From Synechococcus sp. (GTDB lineage: Bacteria > Cyanobacteriota > Cyanobacteriia > Thermostichales > PCC-7336), in NCBI GenBank assembly GCA_051439605.1, contig JBFRWN010000051.1, forward strand, positions 1 to 24,693: a DNA stretch of 24,693 nt. Direction: 5' to 3'. The translations under genes were made by a program, and so were the position numbers. Shown one piece after another: positions 1 to 9,847 of the stretch. Position 1 is the first letter of the stretch, and the number at the start of each line of letters is the position of its first letter. The notes beneath the pieces are model-generated. The model ran no database searches and was not told the origin of the DNA. It was given only the letters and a program-made list of their open reading frames with translations.

Positions 1-114
1 GGGTATCTGGAGCATCGCCGTAAAACTCCCATCGGCATTCAGGTGCTCTGGAAAGGATGGGCTAAATTACAAGACTTGGTTGAGGGATGGAAATTGGCCA
101 ACCAGCAAACTTAA
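1..114 (+). CDS. C-terminal end of an IS4-family (IS50/Tn5-like) transposase, partial
   Basis: Frame 1 reads GYLEHRRKTPIGIQVLWKGWAKLQDLVEGWKLANQQT*, matching the GGYL-x-R...P-x-G-xxx-LW-x-GW motif of the Tn5-type dimerisation domain. Stop at 112-114. Confidence 0.85.
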   Translation, partial: GYLEHRRKTPIGIQVLWKGWAKLQDLVEGWKLANQQT

Positions 115-127
115 CGGGAAAAGTCAG
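109..127 (-). mobile_element. Terminal inverted repeat of the IS4/IS50-like element
   Basis: Reverse complement CTGACTTTTCCCGTTAAGT matches the IS50 outer end CTGACTCTTATACACAAGT at 12/19 positions, including both ends (CTGACT...AAGT). It overlaps the transposase stop and abuts pta-like sequence. Confidence 0.7.
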
Positions 128-2008
128 ATGAATTGATTAGTCAGAATCGGTTTGAAGATGTGCTGGAGATTGTCATCAAACAATACGAATCTCTGGCGAG
201 CACCTGCAAGTTTGTTCTTTGCGAAGGATCGGACTATAGCAGCCAGAGCTCGGCGTTTGAGTTCGACCTCAACCGAGACATTGCCAGAAATCTGGGCTGT
301 CCCATTTTGATTCTGGGGAATGCAGAGTCAAGGGCTGCAGAAGAAGCCATTATGTCCGTGCAAATCTCTTACGAGGCCTACCGAGAAAAAGGCTGCCAAG
401 TGGCTGGGATTCTGCTCAATAAAGTCGACCCTCGGCAGCTTGATGCCGTCAGCGACGCTCTAGAAGAATGCTTTGCCCAGGCTGACTGCATCCTGGCCAC
501 AATCCCTTACAGTCCCCCGCTCAGTTGGCCTACTGTGCGCGATGTGGCCGAACAGCTGAACGCAGAAATTCTCTACGGTCACCGCCACCTCGATCACCCC
601 GTAGCCAACTACATCGTTGCCGCCATGCAAATGCAACATGCACTCAACTGGCTCGAAGAAAACACCCTCGTGATTACTCCGGGCGATCGGGGGGATGTGA
701 TTGTTGGGGCGATCCAAGCTCACCGATCGGTAAACTACCCTCCTCTGGCAGGACTTCTGTTATCCACCGGGGTCAAGCCCGAACCCTCCATCGCAAGATT
801 AGTGGAAGGGCTTCCCGATGCAGTGCCTATCCTGGCAGTTCCCCACGACACCTACACTACGGCGTCACGTCTCAAAGAGGTGCGTGCTCCGCTCGTGGCT
901 GACAACCACCGCAAAATCCGACTGTTCATCCAACTGTTTGAAGAGCACGTGGCGAAACGCCAGCTAGAGAACAACATTGCTCGTATCCAAACAACGGGCA
1001 TGACCCCCAAGATGTTTACCCACAGCCTAGTCAAACTAGCGGGTGCAGCAAAACAACATATCGTCTTGCCCGAGGGCAACGATCCGCGCATCCTGCGGGC
1101 TGCATCCATTGTGTTGTCGCGAGGAATTGCCGACTTAACACTGCTGGGTCAGCCCGAGTCCATCAGACAGACGGGTCATCAACCGCCACGGCATTGACCT
1201 AAACCTCGATCGCCTACACATCATCGATCCGTCCCAGAGTGACAAAATCGATCGCTACGCGCAGATTCTTTACGAGTTCAGACGGCATAAAGGCATGACG
1301 CCAGAAGCGGCCCGCGAGTACTGTCAAGACGTCGCCTATTACGGCACGTTGATGGTTGACTCGAATGACGCCGATGGCATGGTGTCCGGTGCGGTCCACA
1401 CCACGCAACACACGATCCGGCCAGCCTTTCAAATCATCAAAACAGCCCCTCATGTCAAAACGGCCTCGTCGGTATTTTTTATGTGCTTAGAGGACCGAGT
1501 GCTGGTGTACGGCGACTGTGCGATCGTCCCAAATCCGACGGCAGAGCAGCTGTCCGATATTGCGATCGCCTCTGCCGATACCGCCAGTGCATTTGGGTTG
1601 CAGCCGAAGGTGGCGTTGTTGTCTTATTCTTCGGGGGAGTCCGGGCAGGGGAAAGATGTGGGCAAAGTCCGTCTAGCGGCGAAGCTGGCCCATCAGCGTC
1701 GTCCCGAACTGATGTTAGAAGGTCCGCTACAGTACGATGCTGCTGTTAGCCCCAGCGTCGCAGCGGCTAAGATGCCGGAGTCGAAGGTGGCGGGTCAGGC
1801 AACCGTCTTGGTATTCCCCGATTTGAATACAGGAAATAACACCTACAAAGCGGTGCAGCGGGAAACGAAGGCGATTGCGATCGGCCCAATTTTGCAGGGG
1901 TTGAGAAAACCCGTGAACGATTTGAGTCGAGGCTGTACGGTAGAGGACATTGTCAATACTGTGGCCATCACTGCGATTCAAGCTCAAGGCGATCGCTCGG
2001 GCGGTTAG
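128..2008 (+). pseudogene. pta: Long-form phosphate acetyltransferase, 5'-truncated by the IS and frameshifted
   Basis: ORF 133..1197 has the BioD-like region, the DRTGG domain (LVITPGDRGD) and the start of the PTA domain (IVLPEGNDPRILRAA). ORF 1295..2008 has GPLQYDAA, FPDLNTGNNTYKAVQR and GPILQGLRKPVNDLSRG. Removing one CAGA of CAGACAGA (1164-1171) joins the frames (...ESIR-RVINRHGIDL...). The reading frame starts mid-protein at the IS end. Confidence 0.9.
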
Positions 2009-2162
2009 CCTCACAAGTTACTCAAACAATTGTCCTAGCCTGATGGTGTGGGGGACAGAGGAGACCCCCTCCGCGACATCCAAGCTGTTCCGTACTGGGA
2101 GAACGGAAACCTCCTTTTAGGAATTGACGAGACTCAACGCAGCGATGCGAAGTAGGTGGCAT

Positions 2163-2345
2163 ATGACAGCTCGAACAGTCTTTACGCGAGTCGCAGACAG
2201 CTTTAAAACGATGCTGAAAGCTGTTCTGAGGTCCTTTAAACCAGTAAAAGATGACTATCCCAAATCCGGGACGACTCCACTAAAACACGACATCTATAGA
2301 GGAGGAAAAGGCAAAAAGCGTTCTCGTTACCGTTACAAGTTCTGA
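2163..2345 (+). CDS. Small hypothetical protein (60 aa), resembling a conserved cyanobacterial micro-protein family
   Basis: AGGTGG precedes the ATG at 2163. An amphipathic N-terminal helix is followed by R-x-F-x-P-x-x-D-x-Y-P-x-x-G-x-x-P, a pattern I recall from small cyanobacterial hypothetical proteins (not verified by search). Confidence 0.5.
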   Translation: MTARTVFTRVADSFKTMLKAVLRSFKPVKDDYPKSGTTPLKHDIYRGGKGKKRSRYRYKF

Positions 2346-2389
2346 AAACTAAAGTCGTTCAGGTTGAGTGCGACCTTTGAGAGCATTGA

Positions 2390-2438
2390 TGGGCAACAAC
2401 GCCAGCAAGTTTCTGAGCCAATGGGATGTTGTTGCCCA
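2390..2438 (+). terminator. 11-bp inverted repeat after the small gene (possible 3' stem-loop)
   Basis: TGGGCAACAAC (2390-2400) and GTTGTTGCCCA (2428-2438), 27-nt loop, no U-tract. Confidence 0.3.
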
Positions 2439-3242
2439 ATACATTTGCTAGATATTGTCACCACCAGTTTGCTTGATGTGAGGTATCCAGAAATCTTGCT
2501 TGTCATACAGCTGGCAGTCATTGCTTAGGGGGCAATAGCTGTAGATATCAGTCTCGAAGTTTATCGAGCAAGCGTCGATGTTAGTGTCTTCACCAAGTTT
2601 TGTTCTATCTCCAATGTGGCTTCTATTGATAATGGTGGGAGCGGCGATCGCCTTTGCCCTGACTCATCGACGAACCAGAAGACTTCGTCTACCCTTATTG
2701 CTGATTTTTTTCATGCTTTTGGAGCTGATGACCCTACCTGAATAAATTGTTGAGATTGGCGTAGGGAGTTGCTGACTGAGTTTGCTCGACGATATAGAAA
2801 TTTGAGAGTTCCGTAAATCCTCATTAGTTAAGCGCGCAAAGATCGGGAGTGGGCGGAGGAAGAAGCTGTTGAGATTTATCGCCAGCAGGAGGAGTGTCGA
2901 TCGTACTTCTGTTTTTTGACCTGGCTTTCAGTTTGAACTACCTCAGAAATCGGTTCGGCGATTGGATCTCAGAAGGAAAGAGGTCTTACAGGCTGCTGAA
3001 GCCGTCAGGTCCTTGTTGTCATGGTTCGTACGGCATCCCAAGTGTTGAATTGAATTAAATGTGCTAATTTTGTTGGCCACCTCCACACAATCCCTAAAGA
3101 ACCCTCATCTCTAGCAATTACTTTTACGTATCTTAATAACAAGTCAGTTATATATAAAAAAAAGAAAATATATGTTCTCCCGCTTAGAACGGCAGATGTC
3201 AAGTTGTCTACAATTGAATATAGTAAGTGAGGTAATACTACT

Positions 3243-3521
3243 ATGTCTTGCACATTAAGATTTTTAAAGCACGTCTGGAGCGATACGGAAGAGGTAATGC
3301 CTTTTCAAGAGATTCCAGATGACGTAGCTAGCTTAATTTCTGGAGGTAGTACAACAAGTAAAGAGAGTCAGCGTAGATGCGTCGATGGCGATTGTACATA
3401 CAAAGATAAGGTTGTTGAGGATGGAGTCACTGTTTACGAGTACGAAGGTGACAAATCTCCCTGGCAACGCCTCTTCGGTGGTTTCTTTGATGTCGGTGAT
3501 TTTCCCGGTCCTGCTTTCTAA
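3243..3521 (+). CDS. Orphan double-glycine-leader peptide precursor (35-aa leader, 57-aa core with C-x4-C)
   Basis: Leader ends FQEIPDDVASLISGG. Upstream GTAAGTGAGGTA (3223-3234) is identical to the motif in front of the four tandem precursors. Confidence 0.7.
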   Translation: MSCTLRFLKHVWSDTEEVMPFQEIPDDVASLISGGSTTSKESQRRCVDGDCTYKDKVVEDGVTVYEYEGDKSPWQRLFGGFFDVGDFPGPAF

Positions 3522-4224
3522 ATGAGATGGCCTTGAGCTATGCCATAGCCTTAGCGTGCATCTAGTTTTGCAGAACTCAAGCAGAGAACAACCCATCGAG
3601 TTAGAAACAGCGATATTTTAGGCTCTGTGGGACATGAGTCGCCTGCTACTGTGTTCCGGAAGTCTCGATGCGTCGACTAGGGCAAACACAGATTTAAGTA
3701 GAAAGAATGTTTGAGAGGTAATCATTGTTAAAACTAGCTTTGAGACATTATCTTTTTCCCTTGATACTAAGTTTGGCAGAGGTGTTCTGTATCCTCAGGT
3801 CATACATTGAAAGTGACTTGCCAGTTCGGGGTCAGAGAATGAGGGGCATGGACCTTACGAACTAGGTAAGCATCCCCATTAAAGCTGCATCCAACACCTA
3901 ACGAATATAATTTTCAATGCCCCATTGGCTGCAAATAAACAAAGCAAAGTGTTTGACATCTTCCTCCAGACTTGAAAACACGATTGCACGTCACTCCCCA
4001 ATCTATTTAACAGAGTTTCACACAAAAGAATTAGGGTTGTCTTCTGTGCCAGATCGAGAAGGGCTGAATCGTTTTGAATCCATCGAAAGGAGTCCTTGTC
4101 AGAACCATTATGACAGGGGAGCAGTCTTAGTCAGGATTTCACACTTTACTACCAGTAGTTTTATCTATTCATCCGCCTTTCTACGTACCTAGGCTGGTTG
4201 ATAACTTGCTAATCTTGACCATCT

Positions 4225-6549
4225 ATGAATACATGCAAAGTAATGTTGTACTCGATATCTGGCAATGCAAAGTCCCAAAACCACAGTGAGTTAGTGGATG
4301 AGTTGCTAAATCAATATCGTTCAGGAGTACGTAGCTTTAAAAGAGTTACCTTATGTCACGTACATCTTAGTAGAGTAGCCTTAGTCAATGCAGACTTTTG
4401 TTATTCAAATTTCGCAAATTCGAAGTTAGATAACGTCGATATGAGGCAGGCTATTTTCCAATGGGCAGATCTGAAATACAGCGAGATTTCAAACTCTAAT
4501 CTCTCACAGATCGAACTTCAAGGCGCTAATCTAGAGCATGCCAACCTTAAAAATGTCAATTTACAGGATGCGAATTTAGTTAGAGCAAATCTAAGTGAAG
4601 CGTCGCTGCAAAACAATAACCTACAGGGAGTTAATTTAAAGCAGGCTTTGTTAAAGGGAGCGGATCTTGCAGGTACAAATCTGCAAGATGCCAACTTGAC
4701 ACTAGCGAATTTGGCCATGGCCAACCTGGTGAGTACCGATCTGACTACAGCGAATCTCGAGCGAGTCATTTTGACAGGTGCGGTTTACAGTGAAACGACT
4801 CGTTTTCCAGAGGGCTTCGATCCGATTCAGGTGGGCATGAAGGTTGTAGAGACGGAGACTGGTGACTGCAAACAGGTGTTGCAAAGATATCGATTGGGAG
4901 AACGAAATTTTAGAGGAATTACGTTGAAAGGGACCTATATGGGTAAGGCTGACCTACGTGGGGCTGACTTAACCAAAGCGGATTTTCGCGATGCCAATTT
5001 ACAAGGGGTCATTCTTACAGGCGCCAATCTAAGGTCTGCCTTACTGACGGGGGCAAATCTCGCAGGTGTTGATTTAAGTGGAGCAAATTTAAGTCAAATT
5101 CAATTCAAACGGGGCAGCCTAGCCTTCGCCAAATTGAATCGGGCAAATTTTGCAGGGGCCAACCTAGCTGAAACTAACTTCAGCGGAGCCAATCTCGAAC
5201 AAGCATCTTTGAAGGGGGCCAACCTCAGTAACGCAACCCTCAAAAATGTCAACCTCAGTCATGTGAACTTGGATGAGGCTAACCTAACTGAGGCTAACCT
5301 GACTCGGGCTAATCTGAGTGGAGCAGATCTCAGGCTCGCAATTTTAAAAAACGCAGTGTTTAAGGATGCGATCCGTAGCCAAAACACCCGTTGGCCAGAT
5401 CGGTTCAATCCAGCGAAAGTAGACGCGAAATCTGCCGATCGCTCAATCGAGGCCAGTGCCAAACAATCTTCTCTTTGCCCTGCTCCCACCAGGCCTCCTC
5501 ATCGCAATCCGTCCTCGGGCCGGAGGGTCGGTATGACTGCCGAGCGATTTGGATCCGGTCACTCCTTGCAACACTCTTTCTTTGGCAAACCTGCAATCTA
5601 CCTGCCGTTGGTCTTACTTTCAATCGCAATACTTGCAGGAGGAGGCTACTCCGCCTACAGAATTCTGCAATATGGATTTACTGTGCCAAACGAGAACAAA
5701 TCTAGAATTGCTTCAACTGGCAGTTCTCTAGGGGCATCGGACGCTGGGTCTTCGCCCATCGATATTTTCTTCGGTAGTCAACCCTCAGATGAACGTCTAG
5801 GTCCCGTAGCGGAGCACTACCGCCAGGGGGAATTGGATCGGGCAATTACGCTATTGAAATCGATTCCAGAAAATGCTGAAGATTACGATCTGGCCCAAGA
5901 CACCATCAATCTTTTGCAGTGGGAGTCCGATCGTCGCACCGTTAATTCAGCCCGACAGGAACTCGAAAGCCAAAATTGGTCAGCTGCAGTTCTTTCGACA
6001 AATCTGATTGTTAACGACTATTGGAAGGGTCAAGCGATTCTGATTGCAGATGACGCGCACTATCAACTGGCACTCGAAGCACTCGATCGCACCGATCTCG
6101 AGACCGCTAAGAAAACAGCCGATTTGATTTCAGATGAAGTGCGGCAGAAAGAAATTTTTTCAGAGATTGCCAATCGTCAGACAGATAACACCAGTGATTT
6201 GCTGGAAACAATCGTTTCTACAGACTCTTCAGTCCCGAACACTGAAACACAAAATTCTTCCCCTGAAGCTGAAGCTGCGTTCGCCCAGCTAGCCCGCGAG
6301 GCATTCGCTCGCAGTGATTGGTTGGAGACGGTGGAGACAGCCAGTCAGATTGAAACCCCCGACATCGTTGAACCTATTTTGCCTCTGGTTGATGAAGCGT
6401 ATCACCAACTAGCCCACGAAGCAGAAGAAAGAGGGGATTGGCAGGCAGCACTTGACTATGCAAACCAAACCGTTACAGAAGAGGGCAAAATTCAGACCGC
6501 ACCTATGGTGCAAAGACTTGAAGCGGCGATCGCAGGACCGTCCCAATGA
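4225..6549 (+). CDS. Pentapeptide-repeat protein with a transmembrane helix and a C-terminal helical (TPR-like) domain
   Basis: Two A(D/N)Lxx repeat blocks, each beginning LxxYxxGxRxF and ending T-R-(F/W)-P-xx-F-x-P. These are followed by the hydrophobic segment AIYLPLVLLSIAILAGGGY and repeated helical units (ARQELESQNW, AREAFARSDW, AHEAEERGDW). Confidence 0.9.
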   Translation: MNTCKVMLYSISGNAKSQNHSELVDELLNQYRSGVRSFKRVTLCHVHLSRVALVNADFCYSNFANSKLDNVDMRQAIFQWADLKYSEISNSNLSQIELQGANLEHANLKNVNLQDANLVRANLSEASLQNNNLQGVNLKQALLKGADLAGTNLQDANLTLANLAMANLVSTDLTTANLERVILTGAVYSETTRFPEGFDPIQVGMKVVETETGDCKQVLQRYRLGERNFRGITLKGTYMGKADLRGADLTKADFRDANLQGVILTGANLRSALLTGANLAGVDLSGANLSQIQFKRGSLAFAKLNRANFAGANLAETNFSGANLEQASLKGANLSNATLKNVNLSHVNLDEANLTEANLTRANLSGADLRLAILKNAVFKDAIRSQNTRWPDRFNPAKVDAKSADRSIEASAKQSSLCPAPTRPPHRNPSSGRRVGMTAERFGSGHSLQHSFFGKPAIYLPLVLLSIAILAGGGYSAYRILQYGFTVPNENKSRIASTGSSLGASDAGSSPIDIFFGSQPSDERLGPVAEHYRQGELDRAITLLKSIPENAEDYDLAQDTINLLQWESDRRTVNSARQELESQNWSAAVLSTNLIVNDYWKGQAILIADDAHYQLALEALDRTDLETAKKTADLISDEVRQKEIFSEIANRQTDNTSDLLETIVSTDSSVPNTETQNSSPEAEAAFAQLAREAFARSDWLETVETASQIETPDIVEPILPLVDEAYHQLAHEAEERGDWQAALDYANQTVTEEGKIQTAPMVQRLEAAIAGPSQ

Positions 6550-7037
6550 GAAAGAGGATCCTAGCTGGAGTTATGGAAAATTCTGGGGTCAGAATTAGGT
6601 CAATTGGGAGATCGATTATTCGCAAGAGATCTGTACTTCGTCAAAAGCCACGATTAGGCTTTCACTGATTCAAATTTCAGGCGGTTTAACTTTTACATTG
6701 CTTTCTCAATCAGAAGCCAACATTGATGTTTGTTGAGAATGATAGCTTCACATTGAATAACCCAGCCAGCTAAAAAAATACTATGAGTATGGGTAATCGA
6801 TCCAGGTTAACGCTATATCTAGAGATAGTTGTTGACCTGTTGTGCTGCGAGTAGACGAAATCTGGGCAGTTGAGCCTCACTCGGTTCCTTCTTGTCTTGC
6901 ATAACTTAGGGCGTTCATCAGATTCACTGGCTTAACTCCTTTCGGATCGCGTTTCGTAACACGACTATCCCTCTCTTGGAATCATTGAACGCTTCTGATT
7001 CTACTCGTTGGGTCAATTCAAACTCTAGAGTTGAGGT

Positions 7038-8735
7038 GTGAAGGAGTACTCGATCGTTATGTTGGATTGCGTTTGGAAAAGTTCGTTGGCGATCGCTTCT
7101 ATGACGACATCCATTTGGCTTGGTATGAGTCCCGCCATACGGGCACAGTCGACTGCAGGAAGTACAGCTCCCGATACATCTCAAGGGATAGTTGACGAGC
7201 TTATACCTCAAGACAAGACGTCTACTCCTTCTGAAGTCAATGGAATAAATGGAGTTGTTCAAAATCCTGAGGATGTGGATCCTCCCAGATCCGGACTAGA
7301 TATTCCGCCGATTAACATTCCCAGCAACCCGTTGGATATTACGACCCCGCCAGCACCACCTGTTCTAGATATCCCTGAAGAAACTCAACCCATAGAACCC
7401 CTACCGGCGAGATTATTAGAACTGCCTAGCGACCCATTGGAAGTCAGGGTAGAGAAGGTTATGGGGCTTTCTCTTGAAGAGGTCATGGATATCGCGATCG
7501 AGCGAAATCCTGAGGTCGAACAGGCCAGAGAAGATGTGATTATTGCGCGCCGAAGGCAGCGGGCGGTTGTCGGCGAGTATCTTCCTCAAATTACTACGAA
7601 TACTAGATTTACCTATACGAAGATTCCCCGACCGGGAGGTGGCGGTGGCGGATTTGAAGGTCTGAATGAGTTTTTAAGAAGTGTTGGGATTGACGATCCG
7701 GTAACTGCTGGAGTTACCAACGAACCCCAAAGCCAGATGTCAGGTACGTTGCGACTGACCCTGACTCTTTACGATGGCGATCGCAGAGGCCGCCGACTGT
7801 TTAGAGAGAAAGAGATTAATGCTGCGATATTTCAACTCGAGTCTGTTGAAGAAGATGTTCGATTAAGAGCAGCTGTGGCTTACTACGGACTTCAGAGGGC
7901 AGATACTCGAGTTTTGGTGGCTGAGGCAGGATTGGCAGATTCGGAAGCAAGCTTGAGCGACGCCGAAGCATTGCTAGATGTTGGATTAGGCACTCGTTTT
8001 GATGTCCTTCAGGCTCGGACTAGAGTGGCGAATAATCGAAGTGAATTGCTAAGACAGCAAGATGTTCGGGAAGATGCGCGTTTCGAACTGGCGTCAATTT
8101 TAAATTTCGATCGAACGATCGCCATTGCATCAACCGATCCAATTGAGCCCAGAGGAGAATGGCCTCTTACGTTAGAAGACACGATTGTGACTGCGTTTGA
8201 AAAGAGGCCTGAGTTTGATAATCTGCGACAACGAATAGCAGCACGGCGTAACCTGGCCGGGGGGTTTCGTGCTGAAACCCGTCCAAAGTTTGAAATTTTT
8301 ACAAGTTACGACTACACAGATGATTTTGACGATCGGTTTACTATCACTGACGGGTATACATTCGGAGGTAACTTTAACTGGACTATTTTTGATGGGGGAA
8401 CAAATCGAGCAAATGCTCAGGCCGAGGAGGCGACAGCTCGACGGTTCGCAGCCGAGTTCGAACAACGGCGAAGTGACATTCGGCTTGAGGTGGAAAGTGC
8501 TTTTTATTCGCTTGACAATAGCCGCGAAAGAATTGAAGTTGGCAAACTAGCCCTTGAAGATGCGCAGGAGCAGCTGAGGCTGGCAAGATTGCGATTTCAA
8601 GCGGGGTTAGGCACCCAAACAGACGTAATTCAGGCAGAAGATGAGCTTACAGATGCTCGAGGGGGATTAGCTGAGGCAATTACTGACTACAACATCAGTC
8701 TTGCCAGGTTACAGCGTTCGGTCAACAGCCTCTAA
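7038..8735 (+). CDS. tolC: TolC-family outer-membrane efflux/type I secretion channel
   Basis: Signal-peptide-like N-terminus, Pro-rich linker, LSLEEVMDIAIERNP, two OEP repeats (GLGTRFDVLQA and RFQAGLGTQTDVIQAE) and C-terminal YNISLARLQR. The start could be GTG 7038 or a downstream ATG. Confidence 0.92.
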   Translation: MKEYSIVMLDCVWKSSLAIASMTTSIWLGMSPAIRAQSTAGSTAPDTSQGIVDELIPQDKTSTPSEVNGINGVVQNPEDVDPPRSGLDIPPINIPSNPLDITTPPAPPVLDIPEETQPIEPLPARLLELPSDPLEVRVEKVMGLSLEEVMDIAIERNPEVEQAREDVIIARRRQRAVVGEYLPQITTNTRFTYTKIPRPGGGGGGFEGLNEFLRSVGIDDPVTAGVTNEPQSQMSGTLRLTLTLYDGDRRGRRLFREKEINAAIFQLESVEEDVRLRAAVAYYGLQRADTRVLVAEAGLADSEASLSDAEALLDVGLGTRFDVLQARTRVANNRSELLRQQDVREDARFELASILNFDRTIAIASTDPIEPRGEWPLTLEDTIVTAFEKRPEFDNLRQRIAARRNLAGGFRAETRPKFEIFTSYDYTDDFDDRFTITDGYTFGGNFNWTIFDGGTNRANAQAEEATARRFAAEFEQRRSDIRLEVESAFYSLDNSRERIEVGKLALEDAQEQLRLARLRFQAGLGTQTDVIQAEDELTDARGGLAEAITDYNISLARLQRSVNSL

Positions 8736-8879
8736 TTGAGATTTCAAGTTTGTGCTAAAGGAAAAAGTGCAATTGAACACCACGACCCACCAAGCTAGAA
8801 AATCCCTGGCACCCCTAGAAGGGTAAAGCCGGTTGCAACCCCATCACCGCATGTATGATGTATCGACTGCCGATCCCAA

Positions 8880-8981
8880 CGCAAGTACGACACCAAAAAC
8901 TTCAAGCCAGGTCTGAAGATTATGTTTGATGGCTTCCTGCCCCAATGAAACTTCAAGACTATACCGATAGAAAGTCGTTAA
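8880..8981 (+). mobile_element. Decayed C-terminal remnant of an ISAzo13-like transposase
   Basis: Reads RKYDTKNFKPGLKIMFDGFLPQ*NFKTIP, resembling the ISAzo13 C-terminal K-I-x-F-D-x-x-L-P-x-W-N-Y-x-x-x-P motif with TGG changed to TGA (recognised from memory). Confidence 0.45.
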
Positions 8982-9156
8982 TTCAAATGGCATTGGCATA
9001 TCGAAATCCTGATGGACCTAGTTAAGGCAATTCAGGTTCTCTGACAATACCGACCCCACGCCAGCCAAAGAATCCTCAAATCATCGTGTAAAAAGAACTT
9101 ACTGTCATGAGGTTCAGGGTTGCTCCTATTCCTAAACTCTTGAACAGTTTTGTCGA

Positions 9157-9624
9157 TCAATGAGGTGGAGTGGAAGGCTGATTGGTAGTTGATAGATTGT
9201 TCCACTCATTTTGTAATAATTCCATTCCTTCCTCTGCAGTGTCAGTAACGATGTCAGCAGGCGGCAAGGCATTCAATCTAATGGCTTTAATGCTTTTATG
9301 GCCCTCCAAAAGCGCCTTTGCAAGTCGATGGCACCCATCAATCACTTGCCCTTTTGGTCCGAGCAAGATCGGAAAGGAAAGATCTGCGCGTTGCATTTTA
9401 AGGCAATGGCCCACAACCCTTCGTATCGTAGGTGGCTGCGTCGGGCTGAACCAACGCGTCCTATCTATTTCGGAAATTAACGAATTTAACTCCACTGACT
9501 CTACAGGTAAGTCAGAACAAAAGTCCCACAGTCCAGGAATTCGCCAAATTTGAAAAGCTTCCCCATTCCAGTCACAGTAACAGTGAGTATCGAAAGTTCT
9601 TTGTTTTTGTGTTGCCTGTACCAT
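9157..9624 (-). CDS. Stand-alone ParB/Srx-like N-terminal domain protein
   Basis: ADLSFPILLGPKGQVIDGCHRLAKA matches the P-I-x-x...I-D-G-x-H-R signature. No HTH or dimerisation domain. AAGGTGG lies upstream. Confidence 0.75.
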   Translation of the reverse strand: MVQATQKQRTFDTHCYCDWNGEAFQIWRIPGLWDFCSDLPVESVELNSLISEIDRTRWFSPTQPPTIRRVVGHCLKMQRADLSFPILLGPKGQVIDGCHRLAKALLEGHKSIKAIRLNALPPADIVTDTAEEGMELLQNEWNNLSTTNQPSTPPH

Positions 9625-9784
9625 TTTTCGTTAAACCACCTTATTCACTATAACTTTGGCCCAGTTTTATTGCCTGCTATTGTGATGTATTGAATACATC
9701 TATGGGTTTGATGCGGCAATTATTTGTGCGATCAATCTATATCATGTACATACCTATAACATATACTACCGGTAAGCAGCTTTT

Positions 9785-9847
9785 TTGAAGCCATGTGTAA
9801 ACAAAAATCAACCAGTATTGAAGCTATTTGTAAACAAAAATCAACCA
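9785..9847. repeat. Direct repeat, 2 x 30 bp, 33-bp period
   Basis: TTGAAGCCATGTGTAAACAAAAATCAACCA (9785-9814) and TTGAAGCTATTTGTAAACAAAAATCAACCA (9818-9847), 28/30 identical. Confidence 0.85.

Noticed and set aside
133..2008. Two separate genes (DRTGG protein plus short Pta)
   Set aside because: The break falls inside the catalytic domain and is repaired by removing 4 bp.
3917..4192. 91-aa ORF upstream of the pentapeptide gene
   Set aside because: No motif or RBS support.
9684..9700. NtcA box (also considered for the palindrome GTACTTAAGTAC at 15008-15019)
   Set aside because: Spacing is GTA-N5-TAC and GTA-N6-TAC, not the required GTA-N8-TAC.
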